DNA of 64,000 bases, taken from assembly GCA_050250855.1 (NCBI GenBank), contig JBFWNW010000002.1:192001-256000 (forward strand), given 5' to 3'. A model generated the notes under the pieces. That model searched no databases and was not told the DNA's origin. It saw only the letters and a program-made list of their open reading frames with translations. The DNA is from Candidatus Babeliales bacterium (GTDB taxonomy: Bacteria; Babelota; Babeliae; Babelales; JACPOV01). This document shows positions 56,474 through 64,000 of the stretch, piece after piece (the first letter of the stretch is position 1; each line of letters opens with the position of its first letter). The position numbers and the translations under genes are program-made.

Positions 56474-56549
56474 GAGCCGGTAGCTCAGTTGGTAGAGCAA
56501 CAGCCTTTTAAGCTGTGGGTCGATGGTTCGAGTCCATCCCGGCTCACCA
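56474..56549 (+). tRNA. tRNA-Lys (UUU)
   Basis: Cloverleaf: acceptor GAGCCGG/CCGGCTC, anticodon loop CTTTTAA, GTTCGAG T-loop, encoded CCA. Confidence 0.97.
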
Positions 56550-56683
56550 GTCTTCGTTTATCCGGGCCTTCAGGCTTGGCAAACTTCGACTGGCTACGCC
56601 AGTTTTTTAAATAACTCAGGTGTAAAAAGAAATTTGAATTTAACGCAAAAGCTGTCCACCGTAGCCTTGTGCGAAGGCTGGAC
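56550..56683. repeat. Palindromic module pair downstream of tRNA-Lys
   Basis: cca-gtcttcg...cttcgactggctacg-cca, AT-rich spacer, then gtccaccgtagccttgtgcgaaggctggac (56654-56683). Confidence 0.7.
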
Positions 56684-56778
56684 GTCATGCTATAAAAGTT
56701 GAAATTAATAAGCTTTAGGATACACTGATCATAATCAGTTTCTGATAATCTTATCAAAAGATCTTATCTGAAATGTTA

Positions 56779-56856
56779 GTCCCTGTCGTCTAGCCCGGTC
56801 TAGGACATCGCCCTTTCACGGCGAAAACATGGGTTCGAATCCCATCAGGGACGCCA
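56779..56856 (+). tRNA. tRNA-Glu (UUC)
   Basis: Acceptor GTCCCTG/CAGGGAC, anticodon loop CTTTCAC, GTTCGAA T-loop, encoded CCA. Confidence 0.97.
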
Positions 56857-57095
56857 TACTTCGCATAAAGCTTCGTATGGCAGGCCATTCTTTTTTAAAG
56901 GTTGGTAATAATAAGTGAAATAAACTAAAAGAAATAAAAGCGAAGTATGCCCTTCGAAGCCTTGGCGTAGTAGGGCAATTTATAAACTATTCAATTTCGC
57001 TAACCTGTTCTTCGACTTGTCCGAAATAACTTGAAAAGCGACGGCGGAAGCTCGAAGAGCGTAGTAGAAAGCTTCGTATGGCAGGCCATTCTTTT
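56857..57095. repeat. Palindromic modules downstream of tRNA-Glu including a 28-bp direct repeat
   Basis: aaagcttcgtatggcaggccattctttt at 56867-56894 and 57068-57095; inverted partner tgcccttcgaagccttggcgtagtagggc at 56948-56976. Confidence 0.8.
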
Positions 57096-57262
57096 AAATG
57101 AACAATGTTCTGATTTCCAATTAAAAGACCTTCTAAATTATTTCCCCCCCCCATGCTGTCATGATACAGACGTTCCTAGTACTTTCGAAGATATTTGTGC
57201 TACATTGAGATTTAAACTAGAGCTGCTTTAGCACAATTAAATTTTTTGAAAGGGTATATTAC

Positions 57263-57883
57263 ATGAAACGGCCAATAATTTTGTCTTTATTTATTATGCT
57301 TTTTGTGCCTTTTTTTAGTATGACGAGTGAAGCTAATGAAGCTTTTGATTGCTATGGATTGGGCGACATGCTTTATGGTTTGACCAAAGATATTGGAAGA
57401 AATGATTTTCTTTATCTGGCACGCGCCAATTGGCTATGGTTTTTACAAAAAAAAATTAAATCACAAGAAAACATTGAAGATATTGATAAATACTATGTAG
57501 GGTATGGACGAACTATTGAAGGCGTTGATGCTTCTCTATATCATACACCGTTGCATGAAGCAGTAGGACGAGGCAATCTCCAGATAGTTAAATTGCTTTG
57601 TTCTGCTGGTGCTGATTTGTGTAAAACAGTTAAAAGTATCAAAGAATTAGATTCAAGCGAGCTTGCACAAGAATCATATCAAGTTATTCGTCTACGCTCA
57701 TCGTGTATACTTCCTATTTCTGAAAGTGAAATTAATAAACAAATCGAACACTTTAAAAAAGATAATAATCATGGGCTTTCAGCGCTTGAATTAGCAGAGT
57801 ACATGCTTGAGAATTCTCAAGATAAAAATTCTGAAAGGCAAGAGATTATGAATTTTTTAAGAATTCAGAGTAAAAAAGATTGA
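57263..57883 (+). CDS. Secreted ankyrin-repeat protein
   Basis: Signal peptide; HTPLHEAVGRGNLQIVKLLCSAGAD; DNNHGLSALELA. Confidence 0.85.
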   Translation: MKRPIILSLFIMLFVPFFSMTSEANEAFDCYGLGDMLYGLTKDIGRNDFLYLARANWLWFLQKKIKSQENIEDIDKYYVGYGRTIEGVDASLYHTPLHEAVGRGNLQIVKLLCSAGADLCKTVKSIKELDSSELAQESYQVIRLRSSCILPISESEINKQIEHFKKDNNHGLSALELAEYMLENSQDKNSERQEIMNFLRIQSKKD

Positions 57884-57936
57884 GCAACTTACTTTTATTG
57901 AATATAAATTGGGTATAAAGGCAGCGAAGGAATTGA

Positions 57937-58296
57937 ATGATGAATGGCATTAAATATTTATTGAAGATTGAAGAATTTTTTATGCTTTTGGGAAGTTTAA
58001 TTTTATATAACTTTCTTGGTTATTCCTGGTTTGTTTTTTCTCTATTTCTTTTTTTACCTGATATTGGAATGATTGCATATTGGTTTGGCTCAAAAATAGG
58101 TGCTATCATTTACAATTTTTTTCATAGTAGAATCATTGCAGTGTTGTTTTTAATTGCTGGCATATTGCTTTTTTATATTCCACTACAAATATTAGGAATT
58201 GCTTTTTTTTGTCACATCTGTCTTGATCGTATGTTAGGATATGGTTTAAAATATCAAGATTCTTTTTGGAATACGCATCTTGGTAGAATAAAATAA
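57937..58296 (+). CDS. DUF4260-like small membrane protein
   Basis: LPDIGM...YNFFH...HICLDRMLGYGLKY...THLG. Confidence 0.85.
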   Translation: MMNGIKYLLKIEEFFMLLGSLILYNFLGYSWFVFSLFLFLPDIGMIAYWFGSKIGAIIYNFFHSRIIAVLFLIAGILLFYIPLQILGIAFFCHICLDRMLGYGLKYQDSFWNTHLGRIK

Positions 58297-58356
58297 AGAG
58301 ACTTAACAAGCAAAATGTCTCAAGAATATAGTAAGATTTTTTAGGAGGAGTTTATC

Positions 58357-59190
58357 GTGAATAAATTTTTTTTATATGTATTGATTTTATTTAACCTCAT
58401 TGAAAGTAATATGGTTTTTTCTATGCACAAAAATCCTTTTTCCTATGATTTAGGAATTAAACTAATTGATAAAAATACTCATAAATCTGAGCTTACTTTA
58501 TGTTGCCATGGATATGGCCATTCCAATGAAATTGTTGATGTAATTAATGCCATAAATATCTTTGATCACACATTAGTTGGTTTTAATTTTCCTGATTATG
58601 GCATTACCGATGAATCTGATCATACAAAAGTTGCTTATGGCACTATTGATGAGGTTTTACCGTTGCTTTTTTTACTTAAGTTCTATGCGTGTGAGCAAGA
58701 AATTGAAACAATTAATCTTTATGGTTTTTCTGCTGGTGCCGGGGCAATTATAAATGCACTTTCAATACTCAATCAATATTCTCATCAAGAAAAATTGCAG
58801 CACGTTGGGATTACGCATGAACATGCACAAAAAATAGTTACTGCTCTTGCAAAAGGCGTTATTATTCTTGAATGCCCCTTAAAATCGATGCAAGAGATTA
58901 TCGATTTTCGCGGTGCTACGCAAAATCTTACTTTGATTGCAAGTAACTATAATCGTAATAATTTGAATCCTATTGATGTAATTCCTTTGTTAAAAGGATT
59001 AACATTAACTTTTTTTGTTCATTTTGCTAAACCAGATGAAGTTACGAGCAATAGAGACGATCAAATATTTATTGACCGCTTAAAAAGTGCAAATAAAGGT
59101 GTCACTTATATTTCAACAACTATGCAGAGCAACCATGCAGGGTACCATCCAGAGCTTTGGCAGAGCTATAGAGAATATAAAAATTCATGA
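58357..59190 (+). CDS. Secreted alpha/beta-hydrolase fold protein
   Basis: HGYG oxyanion motif, GFSAG nucleophile elbow, DEV and late His. Confidence 0.75.
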   Translation: MNKFFLYVLILFNLIESNMVFSMHKNPFSYDLGIKLIDKNTHKSELTLCCHGYGHSNEIVDVINAINIFDHTLVGFNFPDYGITDESDHTKVAYGTIDEVLPLLFLLKFYACEQEIETINLYGFSAGAGAIINALSILNQYSHQEKLQHVGITHEHAQKIVTALAKGVIILECPLKSMQEIIDFRGATQNLTLIASNYNRNNLNPIDVIPLLKGLTLTFFVHFAKPDEVTSNRDDQIFIDRLKSANKGVTYISTTMQSNHAGYHPELWQSYREYKNS

Positions 59191-59207
59191 AAAGATTTTA
59201 GCAAAAA

Positions 59208-59483
59208 ATGATTAAAAAATCAGAAAAACAAAGAATATTGGCAGAATTTCAGAAAATTCCAGGTGTTGGTAAATCAATAGCGCAAGATTTGTGGGATTTG
59301 GGATTGCGTTCCTTGGATGATTTAAAAAGAAAAGATCCTGACAACTTATACGAAGATCTTTGTCTGTTAAAGGGTTGTCACGTTGATCGTTGTATGCTGT
59401 ATGTTTTTCGGTGTGCTATTTATTTTGTTTCAGAAAAAGAGCATGATCCAGAGCTTTTAAAGTGGTGGCATTGGAAGGATTAA
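59208..59483 (+). CDS. Helix-hairpin-helix protein, Cdd1/pathogenicity-locus family
   Basis: IPGVGKSIAQDL, DRCMLYVFRCA, WWHW. Confidence 0.85.
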   Translation: MIKKSEKQRILAEFQKIPGVGKSIAQDLWDLGLRSLDDLKRKDPDNLYEDLCLLKGCHVDRCMLYVFRCAIYFVSEKEHDPELLKWWHWKD

Positions 59484-59496
59484 TATTAATTGAGGT

Positions 59497-60120
59497 GTGA
59501 ATATGAGCATTACGCAAAAAGAAAAGCAAACATTAGCGTTTTATGATAAAACTCCTGAAAAATATATGGCAGGTTATGAAAAGGCGCCATCTTTCTGGAA
59601 GCAAGAACTTGATGAACTATCCATGATGGTTCCTTCTGGTCGAGTTCTAGATATTGGCGTTGGTAAAGGCAAGGAAGCAGAGGTTTTTATTAGTGCAGGT
59701 TATGAATATAGCGGTATTGAGCCGGCAACAGGGTTGCGATTAGAGCTTGAAAAAAGATTTCCTAATCAGCAATTTATTTCTTCAACTATATATGATTGGA
59801 ATCTAGCACCACATTCCTTTGACGCTTTTTGGTGCTCTGCTATGTTGCTTCATATTCCTAAAGAAAATATTGATTTTGCTCTACAGCAAATAAAAAAGGT
59901 TATGAAGCCATCTGCGATTGGTTTTATATCTCTTGCGCAAGGTAAAGATGAATATTTTGATAAAGATTCTGGCAGATATTTTTATTTGTATGAGGACCAG
60001 ATATTTGCTGATATTTTACACAAAAATGGATTTGCTATAAAAAAACAAGGCCATAGAAGTATGGATACGCATAGGCAATGGTTGAGGTCTTGGCTAACGT
60101 ACTTTGTTGAGATTGTATAA
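59497..60120 (+). CDS. Class I SAM-dependent methyltransferase
   Basis: VLDIGVGKG, FDAFWCSAMLLH. Confidence 0.88.
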   Translation: MNMSITQKEKQTLAFYDKTPEKYMAGYEKAPSFWKQELDELSMMVPSGRVLDIGVGKGKEAEVFISAGYEYSGIEPATGLRLELEKRFPNQQFISSTIYDWNLAPHSFDAFWCSAMLLHIPKENIDFALQQIKKVMKPSAIGFISLAQGKDEYFDKDSGRYFYLYEDQIFADILHKNGFAIKKQGHRSMDTHRQWLRSWLTYFVEIV

Positions 60121-60127
60121 ATTTTTG

Positions 60128-61462
60128 TTACCACCCAAACACTGTTTTAGTGAATGCATTTGAAAAGATTCCTGCAGGATCGAGCCTTTTGCGTGCTTGT
60201 AAGAATAAATCAAAGTTTTTGCCATAGAGCCTTGAAGCATCTTGTTTAGTTATATAATTAATTTTCCCCCAATGAGGACGTCCATCAAAGGTGAGCATGA
60301 GTTTGTAAAAATCTTTATAAAACTCACTTTCTTGCGTTTGGGGCATGGATACATTTAAAAAAACGACATCCTGTCCGGCAGAAGGACTTAAAAGTGCATG
60401 AGTATCAGCTAGAACGAAACGGCAAATAATGCCATTAATGGCAATTCCTTTTTTATTGTAGTGCGCTATTAAATTTTTTAAAGCTTCAAGGGCTTCTGGG
60501 AGTTTTGAAACCGGTACAGCAACTTCTTCTTCAAGATAATAGGGACTTGGTTCTCCTGCAAGCGCTTTGTAAGAATAAGCGACACTGCTAGTAGGGATAG
60601 ATAGTGGTGCTATTTTTTTTGTATCGGGTAAAAATTGATTGATTACATGTACAACAAGCCAATTGTATACAGAAATTATTAATCGTTGTAAGTGAAAGCT
60701 TAATGACGATTCAGAAGTAGCCTCATCAGTTATATCCCATACATCAACCGCTACAGAATCTTGATGTACATTATACATGAAGGTAAAAAAGTCATGGTTG
60801 TCATATAATTTTTTATAATTTTTTTTAATAAAATCGAATGTTGTGTGCCATTGTTCATGTTTAAGTTTATACAATGGAACGCATGAAAGAGTAACAGAAT
60901 AGATAATGCCAAGCGAACCAATATTGACAAGGGCAGCATTAAAAAAATGAGCATTTTCAGTAGATGAAAGAGTGTATAAAGTGCCATCTGCTGCAACAAG
61001 TTCCATATTAACAACAAAATTTGCCAGTGTACCAGTTTTGCCAGAGCCATGAGTTCCTGTTGCTAATGCTCCAGCTATTGTTTGCTTTGTAATAGAGGGT
61101 ATGTTTGGTAATGTTAAAGTATGTTCTGCTAATGCATGAATTAATTTTTTTAAGGTGATACCTGCCTGTACTTTAATTATTTTATTTTTTACATCAAGAA
61201 AGAGTATTTTGTTTAACTCTTTTGTTTCGAGCAAATATCCTTCAGAGCAGAGGATAGGTCCCCAAGAATGTCCTGAGCCAACGGCACGAATAGTTTGTTT
61301 TGTTTGCAAAGCTTGTTTTATATAGAATTGAATTTCCTCTAGGCAAGAAACTGAAATTACATGCTCAGGATAACAAACATCTTTTTTTGACCAATTTTTC
61401 CAGCATAAGAGCGATGAATAAAGCATGGTACTATATAAAAAAAGTATAGTTATTTTATTCAC
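60128..61462 (-). CDS. FAD-linked aldonolactone oxidase family protein (ALO/GULO-like)
   Basis: WKNWS, RAVGSGHSW, ATGTHGSG, GRPHWGK, LDPAGIFSN. Confidence 0.88.
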   Translation of the reverse strand: MNKITILFLYSTMLYSSLLCWKNWSKKDVCYPEHVISVSCLEEIQFYIKQALQTKQTIRAVGSGHSWGPILCSEGYLLETKELNKILFLDVKNKIIKVQAGITLKKLIHALAEHTLTLPNIPSITKQTIAGALATGTHGSGKTGTLANFVVNMELVAADGTLYTLSSTENAHFFNAALVNIGSLGIIYSVTLSCVPLYKLKHEQWHTTFDFIKKNYKKLYDNHDFFTFMYNVHQDSVAVDVWDITDEATSESSLSFHLQRLIISVYNWLVVHVINQFLPDTKKIAPLSIPTSSVAYSYKALAGEPSPYYLEEEVAVPVSKLPEALEALKNLIAHYNKKGIAINGIICRFVLADTHALLSPSAGQDVVFLNVSMPQTQESEFYKDFYKLMLTFDGRPHWGKINYITKQDASRLYGKNFDLFLQARKRLDPAGIFSNAFTKTVFGW

Positions 61463-61544
61463 AGAGTTCCTATTGTTTTGCTATGGTTTTTAAGAAATTC
61501 TCTTTTCTTTTTTTAAAGATACTTTTTATTAAAGGTTAAAATCT

Positions 61545-62840
61545 ATGATTTTTTTGTTTTTTTTGGTAGTTCATACTGCTTTAAATTTTTGTACAAATCT
61601 TAGTGCGCATGAACATTTTTCTTCTGTGCAGCCACAATTAAAAGAAGTGACTTCTCATCATGAAATTATGAATCGTGGCATGTATGGTGCTTATCCTATG
61701 ACGCGGGAAGCATCCGGCACTAGCTGGCTTCCTGAGTCAAGCCCCATGGAGGCAATACATCTTGTGCGTCAAGATTGGTCAATGATGTTTCATGGTTATT
61801 TCTATACTATTTTTGATCAGCAGCGAGGTAATCTTGGTGCTATAAAAACATTTGCTGAAAGTATGGGCATGTTTACGGTGCAGAAAAATTTACCGCGTGA
61901 CACTTTTGCATTTAGAAGTATGTTTTCCACCGAGCCGTTTACTATAGGAAAGTGTGGTTATCCGTTGCTGTTTCAAACAGGAGAAACGTGTGATGGCGTT
62001 ACGCCGCTGGTAAACCGGCAGCATCCACATGATCTTTTTATGGAACTTTCTGTAGTTTATTCTCATATATTTCGTGATGATGCATCGTCAATGTTTTTTT
62101 ATATTGGCTTGCCGGGAGAGCCCGCTCTAGGCCCTACGGTGTTTATGATGAGATTTTCAGGAGAATATAACCCTGAAGCTCCTTTAGGGCACCATTGGAT
62201 GGATTCTACGCATATTACCTTTGGTGTTGCTACCGTTGGGGCAGTTTTGAAAAAAAATATTAAATTTGAAGTTTCAGCATTTAATGGCCGTGAGCCAGAT
62301 CAGCATAGATACGATATTGAAAAGCCAAAGTTTGATTCTGGCAGTTTTCGTTTTTCATGGAACTGTAATGAAAATTGGTCAATCCAGGCAAGCTATGGGT
62401 ATTTAAAAAGTCCTGAACAGCTAGAGCCAAATGTGCATGAACATCGTTGGATTGCCAGTGCCCAATATAATAAAGCATTTGAGCAGCATTCAAATCTTCA
62501 AGTGGTGGCTATTTTGGGAGTGAAAAAAAATAAACCAGGAAGAACACTGCCGGCATTTTTGCTTGAGGGGACGTACGAACATCAACAGCACCACTTATTC
62601 TTTTCGCGCTTTGAAACCTTGGTAAATGACGAACTTTTTTTTGATCCAAGTCCTTTGGCGAATAAAAAGCTTACCATTAATAAAGCTACCTTTGGCTATA
62701 TTTTTGAATGGGTTAATAAGCCTATAAAATGGGGTATAGGGGCACTTCTTGATTTCCCTATGGTGGGCTCAAGGCTTAATACAGCGTATGGCAGTTCGCT
62801 TGCCTCCTTTATGCTGTTTTTCCAGGTAAGAATTATCTAA
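61545..62840 (+). CDS. Exported beta-rich protein, probable outer-membrane protein with His/Met motifs
   Basis: Signal peptide; SGTSWLP, RQHPHDLFMEL, PLGHHWMDSTHITFGV, SAFNGREPD. Confidence 0.7.
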   Translation: MIFLFFLVVHTALNFCTNLSAHEHFSSVQPQLKEVTSHHEIMNRGMYGAYPMTREASGTSWLPESSPMEAIHLVRQDWSMMFHGYFYTIFDQQRGNLGAIKTFAESMGMFTVQKNLPRDTFAFRSMFSTEPFTIGKCGYPLLFQTGETCDGVTPLVNRQHPHDLFMELSVVYSHIFRDDASSMFFYIGLPGEPALGPTVFMMRFSGEYNPEAPLGHHWMDSTHITFGVATVGAVLKKNIKFEVSAFNGREPDQHRYDIEKPKFDSGSFRFSWNCNENWSIQASYGYLKSPEQLEPNVHEHRWIASAQYNKAFEQHSNLQVVAILGVKKNKPGRTLPAFLLEGTYEHQQHHLFFSRFETLVNDELFFDPSPLANKKLTINKATFGYIFEWVNKPIKWGIGALLDFPMVGSRLNTAYGSSLASFMLFFQVRII

Positions 62841-63180
62841 TAGTCGTATCTATTGACTTTTTATTTTTATTATGTCATACTAGAAAGTGATGATTAATAC
62901 TTATCATAAATCTCTTTATCAAAACCCCCTCTTTTTAAAGAAATTTTCAAGGCTCTTACACGGTATAGTACTACTGAACATAAAGCGTACTTTTACTCTC
63001 AATTACGCGCATGCGGAAAATCAGGGTAGAAGTAAATGTCCATTAATTAACTATAAGTACTTATGCTGTTAAAGGGCCTTTTTTTTAATTCCTATCGCAA
63101 AAACATTCTTTTCCCCGATACATTTTGTTAAAATCATATGAGAATAATTTTGAAATTTGAAAAAAACAAATAAGGAATAA

Positions 63181-63837
63181 ATGAAATTTAAAACAATTAT
63201 TTTTGATATGGATGGTACCATTATTGATACCGTGCATCTCTGGCAAAAAGCAAATAGATTGCTTTTAGAGCAGTATGGTATTATGTGCAGTCAAGAAGAG
63301 CTCAATAAACGCCAAGAGCATATGCATGGGTTATCAACGGCAGAGCATTGCCTTTTTTTAAAAATGGAGTTTAATATTCCTACCGATGTTATGACTTTAG
63401 TTGAGCAAAAAAGTGCTCTTGCCATGAAGTTATTTGAAAAAGAACTGCAGTTTGTGCATGGTTTTCAAGAGTTTCATCAGCGTGTTATTGATAAAGAGTT
63501 AAAAACTGGTATAGCAACGAATGCTAATAATCTTACTATTGCAACAACAGACAAAGCGCTGAATTTATCTTCTTATTTTGGTCAGCATATTTATGGTATC
63601 TCATGCGTCAAGCAAGGAAAACCTGATCCTGCAATTTTTTTACATACAGCAGAGCAATTAGAAGCTGAGCCGCGTGATTGTATTGTTATTGAAGATTCGC
63701 CACATGGTATTCAAGCAGCAAAAGCTGCCGGTATGACGTGCATTGGCATTAATACTGGAAAAAATAGAAAAGCATTAGAAGCCGCAGATCATATTATCGA
63801 TTATTATCATGAAATTAATCTTGATGAATTTATATAA
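63181..63837 (+). CDS. HAD-superfamily phosphatase (beta-PGM/CbbY-like)
   Basis: FDMDGT, KPDPAIF, IEDSPHGIQAA. Confidence 0.92.
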   Translation: MKFKTIIFDMDGTIIDTVHLWQKANRLLLEQYGIMCSQEELNKRQEHMHGLSTAEHCLFLKMEFNIPTDVMTLVEQKSALAMKLFEKELQFVHGFQEFHQRVIDKELKTGIATNANNLTIATTDKALNLSSYFGQHIYGISCVKQGKPDPAIFLHTAEQLEAEPRDCIVIEDSPHGIQAAKAAGMTCIGINTGKNRKALEAADHIIDYYHEINLDEFI

Positions 63838-64000
63838 ATTTTTATTCCTTATTATTTTTATAGTATATGCGGAGGCATACGATTGTATGATACATTATCA
63901 ACCTTGCGATCAGCAGAATTTTGCTGAAGCATTTTCTTTTTTGTGCTCTACTATAGTAGAATCTCAAAGTAGTTTTTTGACACCTGAACATGTTAAACAA

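Noticed and set aside
56485..57231. ORFs 56485-56757 (-) and 57031-57231 (+)
   Set aside because: One is antisense to tRNA-Lys and the other starts inside repeat modules; no coding evidence
62841..63180. 340-bp intergenic region with a 61-aa ORF and a short GC hairpin before a T run; considered as riboswitch or sRNA
   Set aside because: No recognisable RNA family motif or convincing RBS; cannot be supported without a covariance search

Overview
AT-rich bacterial chromosome segment. The gene content suggests a protist-associated Candidatus Dependentiae (TM6/Babelota)-like organism; this is an inference from a split type II secretion system, many Sec-signal orphan and ankyrin proteins, a type-2 ValRS and nucleoside salvage. 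Housekeeping genes: valS, tyrS, hisS, secA, ftsQ-like/ftsA/ftsZ, ybeY, rlmB-family, RluA-family, cdsA, yraN, bamD-like, mgtE, galE, pgeF, tRNA-Lys(UUU) and tRNA-Glu(UUC). T2SS genes are gspFGHIJK at 0.2-4.9 kb and gspE plus a further pseudopilin and a TamB-like gene at 46.8-51.7 kb. The most striking non-gene signal is a family of short palindromic modules (cores CTTCGACAAGCTCAGG and CCTGCCCGGCGAAGC..GCGAAG). They occur in at least 9 intergenic loci, form inverted doublets, sit on the CCA ends of both tRNAs, and are nested inside one another up to three deep, repeatedly at the same TG^AG position. The only gene enclosed by an inverted pair of these modules is a 91-aa GIY-YIG endonuclease (44974-45249), the candidate mobilizing enzyme. 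Other notable items are a secreted ankyrin protein ending in a CaaX box (CCIIV), several tandem secreted-protein paralog sets with conserved ends and swapped interiors, a signal-peptide Hsp20, a catalytically degenerate M50 protease, and a 167-bp MITE with a TTA target duplication. No CRISPR array, rRNA, integrase or transposase gene was seen.
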